A stretch of DNA of 61,314 nucleotides from a virus (Duplodnaviria; Caudoviricetes), in IMG/VR virus record IMGVR_UViG_3300025288_000022, positions 1-61,314 of that record; one strand, given 5' to 3'. Of the stretch, positions 46,160 through 55,200 are shown in pieces. The notes under the pieces were generated by a model. It saw only the letters and a program-made list of their open reading frames with translations. It made no database searches and was not told the origin of the DNA. How positions within the stretch are numbered: position 1 is the stretch's first letter; each line of letters starts with the position of its first letter. Position numbers and translations under genes: made by a program.

Positions 46160-47005
46160 ATGGCTCATGTTGATTATCGTTCCGAGGCTATCCATCTTGC
46201 GGCATCTTTCCCTGCGGGAAGCGAGGATCGTGTCCAGATTCTTGCCTCCCTCAATGAGGAGCAGATTCTGAAGATGGCTATCAGCAAGGACACCGAAGCC
46301 TTCCTTTCATGGGCTCTCCAGCGAAATGACGAGATGAGTCCTTCGTCAGTTGAGCGCTTTCTGGAGAAGGTTACAGGCCATGAAGCAACACAGCCTGTGG
46401 ATGCTGTGAAGCCAAAGCGTGGGCCTTTGGAGGAGGGTGAGATCATCCTTTGTGATGCGCATCGCAATGGCAATCCCCAGAACGTGGAGGCTTGCGAGAA
46501 GTATCATGACCGCGTTGGGGTGGTGAAGGGTCGTACACCTGAAGGCCTTGTGATCCAGTTCTACCGCAAGGATACGGATCAGCCCGAGTCAGGTGCTGTG
46601 GCTTTCTTTGATGGTGTGGCTTCTGGCAAGGGCACTGGTCTGTACCGCTGGACGATGAAGGCAGACTACCAGGAGCGTGCTGTGTCAAACATGGCTCTTC
46701 TTGAGATCGTCTATCTGCGTGGGGGCACAACCCCACCTCCTCAGCGTGACATTGATGCTCTCCAGAAGTACGTTGAAGAGGGCCTTTCCCGTGGTGAGAA
46801 TCGTTCGGAGATCTACCAGACTGGGTATGTTGGGAAGTTCGCCTACAGCAAGGAAGGCAACATGTACTTCGTGCTGTCTTCCCAGCAGCGTGACCGTCCT
46901 ACGACCATCAGCCCAACCAAGGGTCGCATCTTGTACCTAGGGTATGTGGGTAAGCGTCCAGGTGGTTGGAAGGCTGATGCCAAGTCTATGGGTATTGCTG
47001 TCTAA
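46160..47005 (+). CDS. Hypothetical protein with shared leader (AIHLAASFPAGSEDRVQILASL)
   Basis: 281 aa; biased codons. Confidence 0.75.
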   Translation: MAHVDYRSEAIHLAASFPAGSEDRVQILASLNEEQILKMAISKDTEAFLSWALQRNDEMSPSSVERFLEKVTGHEATQPVDAVKPKRGPLEEGEIILCDAHRNGNPQNVEACEKYHDRVGVVKGRTPEGLVIQFYRKDTDQPESGAVAFFDGVASGKGTGLYRWTMKADYQERAVSNMALLEIVYLRGGTTPPPQRDIDALQKYVEEGLSRGENRSEIYQTGYVGKFAYSKEGNMYFVLSSQQRDRPTTISPTKGRILYLGYVGKRPGGWKADAKSMGIAV

Positions 47006-47015
47006 GGGGGTAACT

Positions 47016-47234
47016 TTGGCAGACAAGGTTGGAGACAGCAAAAAGACAGCCGGTGCCCTTAGGGTCTACGAATATGTGGACCATGATGGCATTGTGTTTT
47101 GGAGTTTCGCCAAGCTTGCTCAAATCTCCACAAGGCGCATGACTTTGGACGATGTGCGGGGAACCCACTTCCGCACACACATTTCTGATGTTCAACGGAT
47201 GGCTTTTCAGGCAGACATTCTGGACGAAGAGTGA
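47016..47234 (+). CDS. Small hypothetical protein
   Basis: Probable TTG start after AAGGGG. Confidence 0.55.
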   Translation: MADKVGDSKKTAGALRVYEYVDHDGIVFWSFAKLAQISTRRMTLDDVRGTHFRTHISDVQRMAFQADILDEE

Positions 47235-47273
47235 TAGGGGGTTGGTGAGGTCTTCACCCCTCTAGGAGCCCAT

Positions 47274-47534
47274 ATGGAAGATACAGTTCAGGATGGTGTA
47301 TACGGAACCGTGACCGATCAGACTCGGGAAGCACTAGCAGGCATCCAGCAGCAAGAGCAGCAAATTCAGTTGGAACTGGGTCGGTTGTCCATCTTGGAAC
47401 ACCGTCTACACAAGCGCTCGGACGAGCTCCAAGCACAGGCACAGAGGCTTCTCAGTGCCGAGGCTATTCGGTTGGGTATCCCAACTGGTACACAATGGCA
47501 GGTGGCTCCAGACGGGGTTGCCAAGGCTGTTTAA
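47274..47534 (+). CDS. Small coiled-coil protein
   Basis: SD AGGAG. Confidence 0.7.
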   Translation: MEDTVQDGVYGTVTDQTREALAGIQQQEQQIQLELGRLSILEHRLHKRSDELQAQAQRLLSAEAIRLGIPTGTQWQVAPDGVAKAV

Positions 47535-47549
47535 CAAGAGGGTGGGAGA

Positions 47550-48980
47550 ATGGCTGCAGTACCCGGATGGGAACCCATCAGTGAGTATCCCTACCCTCCA
47601 GCAAATGTGCAGGTGTTCTCCCCCTTCCTAGGGGGTTGCTTCGACATTCGTTGGGACAACCCCTTGACCCTCTCCACAGGCCCCATTGCGTGTGGTGGTA
47701 AGTCCAACATGTCTTGGAACATTGTTGGAGTGAACATCTACCGTTCGGATACGGGAGAGCGCGGGCCTTATTTCCGCTTGAACAACTTCCCTCTAGGTAT
47801 GGATTTCTACCGGGATTGTACAGACAATGCCCTAGTAGATGCGGAGGTTGTGGATTGGGGTTCACAGTGGGTGTCCAAGGCCAACTCCCCTAATAGCCGA
47901 GCATGGGTTTTTCGGACTAGGTGGACACCTATCGTAAAGAGAGAGGGGCAGTCCATCCCTGCAGATAACCCCACAGATGTGACTGTGACCATAGATGGCC
48001 AGACCGTGGTGCCAAGTTGGGTGAACGGCGTGTCAGGGGAGATTACCCTGATCAATACCCCCACATATGACCCCTCAACAGAACGTCTTGTAGACCCCAT
48101 TCTGCCCAAAGCAGATGGTAGTTCTGTGGTGCAGGTCACCTACCATAGGCCAAGGAATTTCGTCAAGACAGACTTGGAACAGAAGGCCAAAATCTTCTAC
48201 CGAGTCACCTCCGTGGCCGTAGATCCTACAGGCACAACCCCTTCAGGCTATGTGGAGACCCCTTTGGGGTACACCCAGCCTGCCTCCCCTATGGACGTAG
48301 AGTCTCTGGACTACATTTGGAGAGAGGCACAGAAGAGGAACCAGTGGATTCTGGAGCAGGGTGGGGAACGGGTCTACTTGTTCATCCGTAGAAACACCGG
48401 GGTGTCCTGTCCCTGTCAATGGGACGAACAGCTCTTTGAGTATAGCAAGCAGCCTCTTAACAGGTGCTTGGATTGCTACGGGACGGGGTTCCTGCGGGGG
48501 TATGAGGGACCCATCCCTTTGATTGTGGGTCCAGATGATGCTGAGCGTGCCGTGCGCCAGACCCCTACAGGGCGAAGGCTTGAGCACACTTATGAAGTAT
48601 GGACAGGGGTGCGTCCGTTGGTCTCCCAGAGGGACTTCATCTTGAAGCAGACGGGGGAGAGATACAGCATTGGTCCAGTACGTCGCCCTGCGATTCGAGG
48701 CCTGCCTCTTCAACAGCACTTCAACATTGCCTATTTGGACGAGCAGGATATTCGGTACAAGATCCCTATGGTAGGCACAAGCCAACAACCTTGGCCAGAG
48801 ACTCGATACACGAAGCCAGAAGAGGCCCCTTGTGTGGGTGGTGATCCCTTCCCAGTAGGTTATACCTATGAACCTAGCCCCATGGCAACAGAGGTGGCTA
48901 AGGTTCCTGATGGTAGAGAGCAGAGAGGCCGCTCGCCGGTTTATGCCAACTTGACCTATGGTGGTAAGGGGGGGTCATGA
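47550..48980 (+). CDS. Neck/head-closure-like protein with Zn-binding Cys cluster
   Basis: LEQGGERV...CPC...CLDCYGTGF..GY motif of large-myophage neck proteins. Confidence 0.6.
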   Translation: MAAVPGWEPISEYPYPPANVQVFSPFLGGCFDIRWDNPLTLSTGPIACGGKSNMSWNIVGVNIYRSDTGERGPYFRLNNFPLGMDFYRDCTDNALVDAEVVDWGSQWVSKANSPNSRAWVFRTRWTPIVKREGQSIPADNPTDVTVTIDGQTVVPSWVNGVSGEITLINTPTYDPSTERLVDPILPKADGSSVVQVTYHRPRNFVKTDLEQKAKIFYRVTSVAVDPTGTTPSGYVETPLGYTQPASPMDVESLDYIWREAQKRNQWILEQGGERVYLFIRRNTGVSCPCQWDEQLFEYSKQPLNRCLDCYGTGFLRGYEGPIPLIVGPDDAERAVRQTPTGRRLEHTYEVWTGVRPLVSQRDFILKQTGERYSIGPVRRPAIRGLPLQQHFNIAYLDEQDIRYKIPMVGTSQQPWPETRYTKPEEAPCVGGDPFPVGYTYEPSPMATEVAKVPDGREQRGRSPVYANLTYGGKGGS

Positions 48981-49201
48981 TGGAGTTAGGTATGCCAAAG
49001 CGCAGGTATGGCTTCGTCGAGGTCCATGCCTGTCGCATTTGGCGCTTTAAGTCCTGGGTTCACTATGTGTTGTTTCAGGATTACTTGGATCCTCTCTTGC
49101 CCGCACACTTGAGGAGTAAGCGCCATAAGTGGGGGCACTTGTGGCTGTATGGTCCAGGTTCTGACATCTTGGCTAGGATAAGGGTGCCTATTGGCAAGTA
49201 G
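48977..49201 (+). CDS. Small hypothetical protein
   Basis: ATGA overlap with the upstream gene. Confidence 0.45.
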   Translation: MMELGMPKRRYGFVEVHACRIWRFKSWVHYVLFQDYLDPLLPAHLRSKRHKWGHLWLYGPGSDILARIRVPIGK

Positions 49202-49727
49202 AATCCGAGGGGTGTTGGGAAAGCCTTGGTCAAAGATGGCTGGGGAGATTTCCTTGTCGAGAGCCACGCTGGAGAGGCTGGGGAAGGCCTTGGTGGCAGC
49301 GGTGGTCTTTGAGGCAAAGAAGGATTTCGCCAAGCAGGGGAGGAGGGCTACACCAAGAGGTAAGCCAGAAGGAATCCCCAACTCGGATTCCTTCTTTGAC
49401 TCCTTTAGCTACAGGATCTCGGGCAAGTCCACCATTGAGATTCTGTCCACATGGCCTTGGATTGATCAGGTTGTGGAGGGTCGTAGTCCCTACCCTATGA
49501 CGTGGCTCACCCAACAAAATGGGGTGTACCGCGTGCCAATGGTACAAGGCGATGGTACAGTGCTGGTTCGCACAGCTCCGCTTATTGTGGGCAATGCCTG
49601 GGTGCATCCTGGGTTTGCTAGACACACGTTCTTAGAGCGTGGTGTAAAGCGTGCTCGTCAGGAGATGGCTGACATCATCCTGGATGAGGTGAGGGAAATG
49701 CTGATGCAAGGAGATCCTTCAAAATGA
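49191..49727 (+). CDS. Tail completion/neck protein-like
   Basis: WVHPG..RHTFLERG C-terminal motif reminiscent of HK97 gp10-like proteins. Confidence 0.5.
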   Translation: MASRIRGVLGKPWSKMAGEISLSRATLERLGKALVAAVVFEAKKDFAKQGRRATPRGKPEGIPNSDSFFDSFSYRISGKSTIEILSTWPWIDQVVEGRSPYPMTWLTQQNGVYRVPMVQGDGTVLVRTAPLIVGNAWVHPGFARHTFLERGVKRARQEMADIILDEVREMLMQGDPSK

Positions 49728-50227
49728 AAGAAGTTCAAATTCGTTGTCTCACTCGTGAATTCCCTGTTCCTGATCTGGGGTTGCATCTTCAGCGGGGTAG
49801 GGATGTGTATGTAAGTGAAGAACAGGCAGACGCCTCTAAGGACCTCCAGGCTGCCTTGCAGATGGGAGTGGTGTCAACGACACATGTGGAACGAGCACAA
49901 AGCGTCCGGAAAGCTCTTGTTGTCTCCAAAAAACAACAAGGGCCTTCCGTTCCCTTGCTTGCCCCACCTGTCCGGCAGGAAGCCCCACCTCAACCTTTAG
50001 CGACCCCTGCGTTCACCCCGATAGATGTGGGGTTGGTGCGGAGGTTGGTGCGCGAGGAACTGCAAGCCTTTCAAGGGCGGGTCCAAGATTTGGAGTCCCG
50101 TACTGGCGAACGCCTTGATGGGCTTGAAAGTATAGTTGCATCTATGGTGAAGGATGCAGAGGTTGTAGAGGAGCCTGCCAACACAAAGACCCCCCCTACA
50201 AGGGGGCGTCCTAAGAAGGAGGGGTAG
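49724..50227 (+). CDS. Hypothetical protein
   Basis: ATGA overlap; ends in RGRPKK. Confidence 0.65.
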   Translation: MKEVQIRCLTREFPVPDLGLHLQRGRDVYVSEEQADASKDLQAALQMGVVSTTHVERAQSVRKALVVSKKQQGPSVPLLAPPVRQEAPPQPLATPAFTPIDVGLVRRLVREELQAFQGRVQDLESRTGERLDGLESIVASMVKDAEVVEEPANTKTPPTRGRPKKEG

Positions 50228-50270
50228 GGTAGATTCCCTATTCTGAGGGGTTGGGTAGAGGACTCTGCTC

Positions 50271-51494
50271 ATGTTCAACTCCTTGACCGAATCTCTCAAG
50301 CAAAGGGTCATTACCGAGCTACGTCGGTTCTGGTCCTTTGATCCTCAGTACAAGGAGATTGTGCCGCACATCCAGGGCAAGTACTCATTCAAGGAACGCC
50401 CACAAATGGGCATCATTGTGAAGCCGGGATCAGCCAGCCCCATTCAGTTGTCGGCTGATAACTTCCAAGGCACAGTGTCTTCCTATGTGGTCTTACAAAA
50501 GGTGGGAGAGTCTCCAGGGCTGTCCATCGAATGGGTGAAGGAAGATGCCAGAGCCATTCAGAACAACGGGGGTGTGTTCCCAACACCTAGAGGGGTGTAC
50601 TACATCGAAGTCCTACAAGAGAAGGTAGACCTTGGAGGACAGATTGTAGACAGCAAGGTCTTCTACATTGATCCGTTGTTGGAGGTGGTGAATGAGACTC
50701 CCACCCTACAAGATCCTCTCACATGGGTTCTACAGCGAGGGGTGTTCCATCCGGGCTCTCTTCAGTTGTTTGAGATGCCAGGGAACCTGAAGCTGTATGT
50801 GGACGTGAATTACACAGCGGACCCCACAACCGGGGTTGTGACTCTTGTGTCCCCATTGCCAAGGGGCACCTGGTTGTCAGCTGACTACAGATATCCAGGC
50901 ACAAGTACGGGCCCGTTCCTTTTGAAGGAGGGCCGTGGATATAGTCAGGTGCTTCCTGGGGTGGTGTTGGCTTTTGGCAGGAGAATCACCATAGGGGATC
51001 GGATGGCCGTTGTGGTTTCCGATCGAAGGAGTCCTGTTGCCCTAGAATACGGTGGACGATGGGAGGCAAACTTCGACCTAGACATTATGGCTCGGGATGT
51101 GGTTGCCCAAGGGGAGCTTTGTGATCGAACGATGCTCTACCTATGGGGGATTGCACGGAACCGTCTGTCTGGCGAGGGTATTGAAATTACCACGGTTTCG
51201 TTTGGTGGTGAATCTGAAGAGGTATATGATGAGAACGGGGACGACTACTTCTACAATGGCTCTATCTCTTTGACTATCCAGTCCGAGTGGGCTATCCATG
51301 TGCCTTTGGACTCTGCATTTGGCCATGTGTCAGCTCAGTCCATTGCACAGGCTGCTGCGTCAGCGGGCATGGCAGATGATGAGCGGATCCAGAATGAGGA
51401 GCAGAATCTTCAGTTGGTGGGAGATCTGGATATGCTCAACGTACAAGATCCCTTCTTCCGGGGGGGCAAGGCAACATATGAAAAAATTAGTTAG
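50271..51494 (+). CDS. Tail terminator/completion-like protein
   Basis: 407 aa; position shortly before the sheath; function inferred from context. Confidence 0.45.
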   Translation: MFNSLTESLKQRVITELRRFWSFDPQYKEIVPHIQGKYSFKERPQMGIIVKPGSASPIQLSADNFQGTVSSYVVLQKVGESPGLSIEWVKEDARAIQNNGGVFPTPRGVYYIEVLQEKVDLGGQIVDSKVFYIDPLLEVVNETPTLQDPLTWVLQRGVFHPGSLQLFEMPGNLKLYVDVNYTADPTTGVVTLVSPLPRGTWLSADYRYPGTSTGPFLLKEGRGYSQVLPGVVLAFGRRITIGDRMAVVVSDRRSPVALEYGGRWEANFDLDIMARDVVAQGELCDRTMLYLWGIARNRLSGEGIEITTVSFGGESEEVYDENGDDYFYNGSISLTIQSEWAIHVPLDSAFGHVSAQSIAQAAASAGMADDERIQNEEQNLQLVGDLDMLNVQDPFFRGGKATYEKIS

Positions 51495-51635
51495 CACGGT
51501 GTGGTACACCGCTCTTCAGTTGAGTATGCCTGGCATAGGCCCAATGGCCCAGGTTGCAGCAACCATGGCTCGAATCCGCTTAGCAAATGGCATCCGGTCG
51601 GTATCCTATAAGTCTGCAAAAGACAGGAGGCCAGA

Positions 51636-52103
51636 GTGCCAATCTACAAGTACAGCTGCGAGGGTTGCGGGTACGGCTTTGAGGTTCTCTACAAGAGCAT
51701 CTCAAAGGCAGAGACTGAGGTCAATTGTGAGCTTTGTGGCACAAGAGCTTCCAAGCAAGTCACGGCGGCAAGCCACCGATTCAACCACGTCCCTACAGGG
51801 CCAGTTCCCCAGAACACCGGAACCTCCGATGACTGGAAGTTTGACAAGATCATCGGACGAGATGCTGAGGTCAAATGGGAAGTGATCAACAAGAGGAATG
51901 CGGAGAAGGATCGTCTCATTAGAGATGAAGCTAAGGCAGGTCGTCAGATCACAAGGGACCATCTGGTTCCTTCAGGAGAAGCTCCTGGAGTATTTCGTAC
52001 CATGTCTGAACCAGAGAGGGTGGTGGTAAACAACAACCGTTCCCAAGCGGAGGCAGCTCGTTCAAATCTGCCTCCACTACCCCCTCTTCCGACCAAGAAG
52101 TAG
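51636..52103 (+). CDS. Second FmdB-family zinc ribbon protein
   Basis: MPIYKYSCEGCG...CELCG; SD AGGAGG. Confidence 0.8.
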   Translation: MPIYKYSCEGCGYGFEVLYKSISKAETEVNCELCGTRASKQVTAASHRFNHVPTGPVPQNTGTSDDWKFDKIIGRDAEVKWEVINKRNAEKDRLIRDEAKAGRQITRDHLVPSGEAPGVFRTMSEPERVVVNNNRSQAEAARSNLPPLPPLPTKK

Positions 52104-52269
52104 CCAACCCCCCGGCTTTAAGGGGTGGACCTCAAAAACTGAAAAGTCGCGCTGTGTGTCTCCCCCTCGTTTGAGGGTGGTCAAAAATAGAACCGAGAGG
52201 GGGGTCTGCCTTCTCGTTGATGGTTCTATACCTCTCGGTGCTTGAACATCTTCTCTTATTGGGGTTCAG

Positions 52270-55200
52270 ATGGCTAACTTTCCCGGCAAGAATTACGCTC
52301 CTCCTGGTGTCTACACACGGACCCAGTACGAGAACCCCACGCAACCTCTCTTGGCGGGCCTGAAGCTCCCCATGTTCCTAGGGACAGGATCTGAGATCCT
52401 ATCCCAGATGGACTTGGAAGTTGTCCGTGGCAGCTCCTCCAAGGTTGACCAGCGTGTGGTTGGTGAGGATATGGCGGGTCGCTCCGTAGTGTCTATCAGC
52501 AACACGGGCGTTATCACTTTGGGTGCTTTCGACGGGGTGCAGGACCGCATTCAGGTTCGCAACTACCCGGTGGTTACCGGTGCAGGCACTGGCACCACGG
52601 CGACAGATTCTAGCGCCGTGTCTGTGACCATCAATGACCTCCCAGTGGTTGTGCTCCAGATGTCAGGCACAACTGGTGTGTTCAAGCTCTCTACCGCCCC
52701 CAAGCTTGGTGATGTGGTTAGGGTGTCCTACTTCTTCAACCGCACAGACACTCAGACGACAGATGCTGTGTCAGCCCAGGTTGACAGTACCACAGCCATT
52801 ATCTATGGTGCAATGGCTGAGTCCTACACCATCGTAACAGGGGAGAATGATACCCTAGCTTTTACGGTGGATGATGCAACCAGTGTCTCTGTGACAATCC
52901 CTGCATCCAACACAGGGGCTCCATGGTCGGCCTCACAAATGGCTTCGTTCATCAACAGCGGTGCCTTTGGCACCTCGTTGGTGGCTTCAGCCTACGTTAA
53001 CAACTTTGGTGTGAATGCTGTCCAGTTGGTTGCAGATCGCAACCTTGTTGTTGGCAATGGCACGGCCAACTCCACCGTTGGTTTCACGAATGGTGATGCC
53101 ACCCTCCGCAACAAGACCTTTTACACCTTTGAGGGGCCTATTGTTGATGGGACCAACGGTGGTGTGACTACCACGGATCCTGCAGACACCGTGGTGAAGG
53201 TGAACGGGGTTCAGATCATCCCTGTCTCGGTTGATGGCCAGACCCGTGCAGTGGTTCTACCCTTTGCTCCTGAAGTGGGTGCGGTAGTTACGGTTCAGTA
53301 CTACTTCAACACTTGGCAGGATACCTTCGACTATCTTGCACACACGGAAGTCACCACTGTTTTGCGTGCTGGTGCAACTCCTGACCGTTCGGATTACCTC
53401 TCGGGTTCGGATTTTGTCCTCCAGGGTGACAAGATTCTTTGGGGCACTGCTGCCACCGTAGCCTCGGGAGTTCATACTGCGGGCACGTCCTTCTTGGACA
53501 GCACCCAGATCACCCCTACCCTTGTGGATGTACGTCAGTACTTGGCTGAGGCGACCGCTGTGACAAACACCGCTGTCTCTCCTCCACAGACTTCCACGAC
53601 AGTGTTTCAGATGCCTCTGGCACCAACGACAGGTAATGGTCGCTCAACCCCACTGGGTCAGAGTCTGTACCAGTCCGTGACCAACAGCCGTATCGACCTT
53701 CCCACCAACCGTCCAGATCTGGTTCAGGCCTACTGGGGCTTTGGTGTGCAGGACGCTATGGACCGTGGCCCTGTAACGGTCACCAAAGTGGACTCGGCGT
53801 CTTCCACGTTGACACTGGCAAGTGCGGTTCCTGTAGGGGCACAAGTCTTTGTGTCCTTCTACTACAACACCCTTGCCGACCAGGATTACACTCTCACGGT
53901 GGAGAACCCAGGGGCAGCTGGTGTGGGCACCTATAGCATTGTGGATGCTTCTGGTGTAGCACTGCCTACTCCACTCTTCGGCACGAAGTCGGCAGGCCTT
54001 GCTGGTGTGGCTCTCCAGTTCCCATCGGGCTCTGAGCGTTCCCCAGACGTGCGTTTTGAGTCTCCCTTCACCACCACACTCTTCTCAGGTGCGGTGGAAG
54101 AGGATGTGACGGTCACTTTTGCGTCACTGGACTCTACGCTTGCTAAGTTCAGCGTAGGCGGTTCCAATACCTACTACGCAATCTCGGGTGCTTCGGATAA
54201 CCTCAACGTACTGGTGGATGGTTCTTCGGTCACAGGCAGTGCGGTGAACTTCACGGCTGTGAACGGTGTGTCTGGCCTTGGATTTCATGCATCTCTCCTT
54301 GGAGAGGAGGTTTCCTACACGGCTGCTTCGGGTGACACCACCTTTGTGATCGACAGCACCAACAGCGAGATCAACCTCACGGTAGATGGCAAGCTGATTG
54401 CTGGTGTTGCAAATCAGGGTGCTTCACAGACCATTGCCGCTTATGCTGCGGCAATTAACCGTGCTTCGGTTGGTGAGCAGGGTACTGCGGCTGCAGGTGG
54501 GGCTAGCAGCATCACCTTCACAGCTGCGGCTTCTGATCAGACCGACTACTACGTTGGCTGGACCGTGGTCCTAACCAATAACACCGTAGTAGGCACCCAA
54601 GGCCTCACCGCAACGGTTACGGCCTACAATGGGTCAACGAAGGTTGCAACGGTCACCCCAGGATGGGCAACCGTTCCGGATGCAACGACCACCTTCGCGG
54701 TCTTTGACCCTGCGGCTCGTCCTCAGTACATTGGGGCAACAAAGTTCTCCTCCGCATCCACCATCACCGCTGGTGAGTATGACACCCTTGTATTCCACTA
54801 CACGGGTGACGTGACGGGAGTATCGGGCAACTTGACGGCCGTGGTGGCCCCTGCCACCTACGCCTCTGCTACGGCCCTTGCTGTGGCAGTTAATGCTGCT
54901 ATTGCGACCCAGGTTGCAACCTTGGGCTCGGCTTTTGACGGTGTCGAGGTGGCGGTTACTGCCAATGCCAACGCTCAGCTGGTCTTCAGCCTCACCAAGG
55001 CTGGTCTGGACGGTGCTGGGTTCCTTGAGTTCATCACGGGTGTGTCTACGGCAGACTTTGCAATCCTTGGTGGCATCTCCACTGCAGCTGCTACTGTTGG
55101 AGGGCAGGTGAAGTTGGTGGATGGTCCTGTGGCTAGGGCCTTCCGAGACATTGGCAACAACACTGGTGCATACCTGAATGACCGTCTGGTCCTGCGTAAC

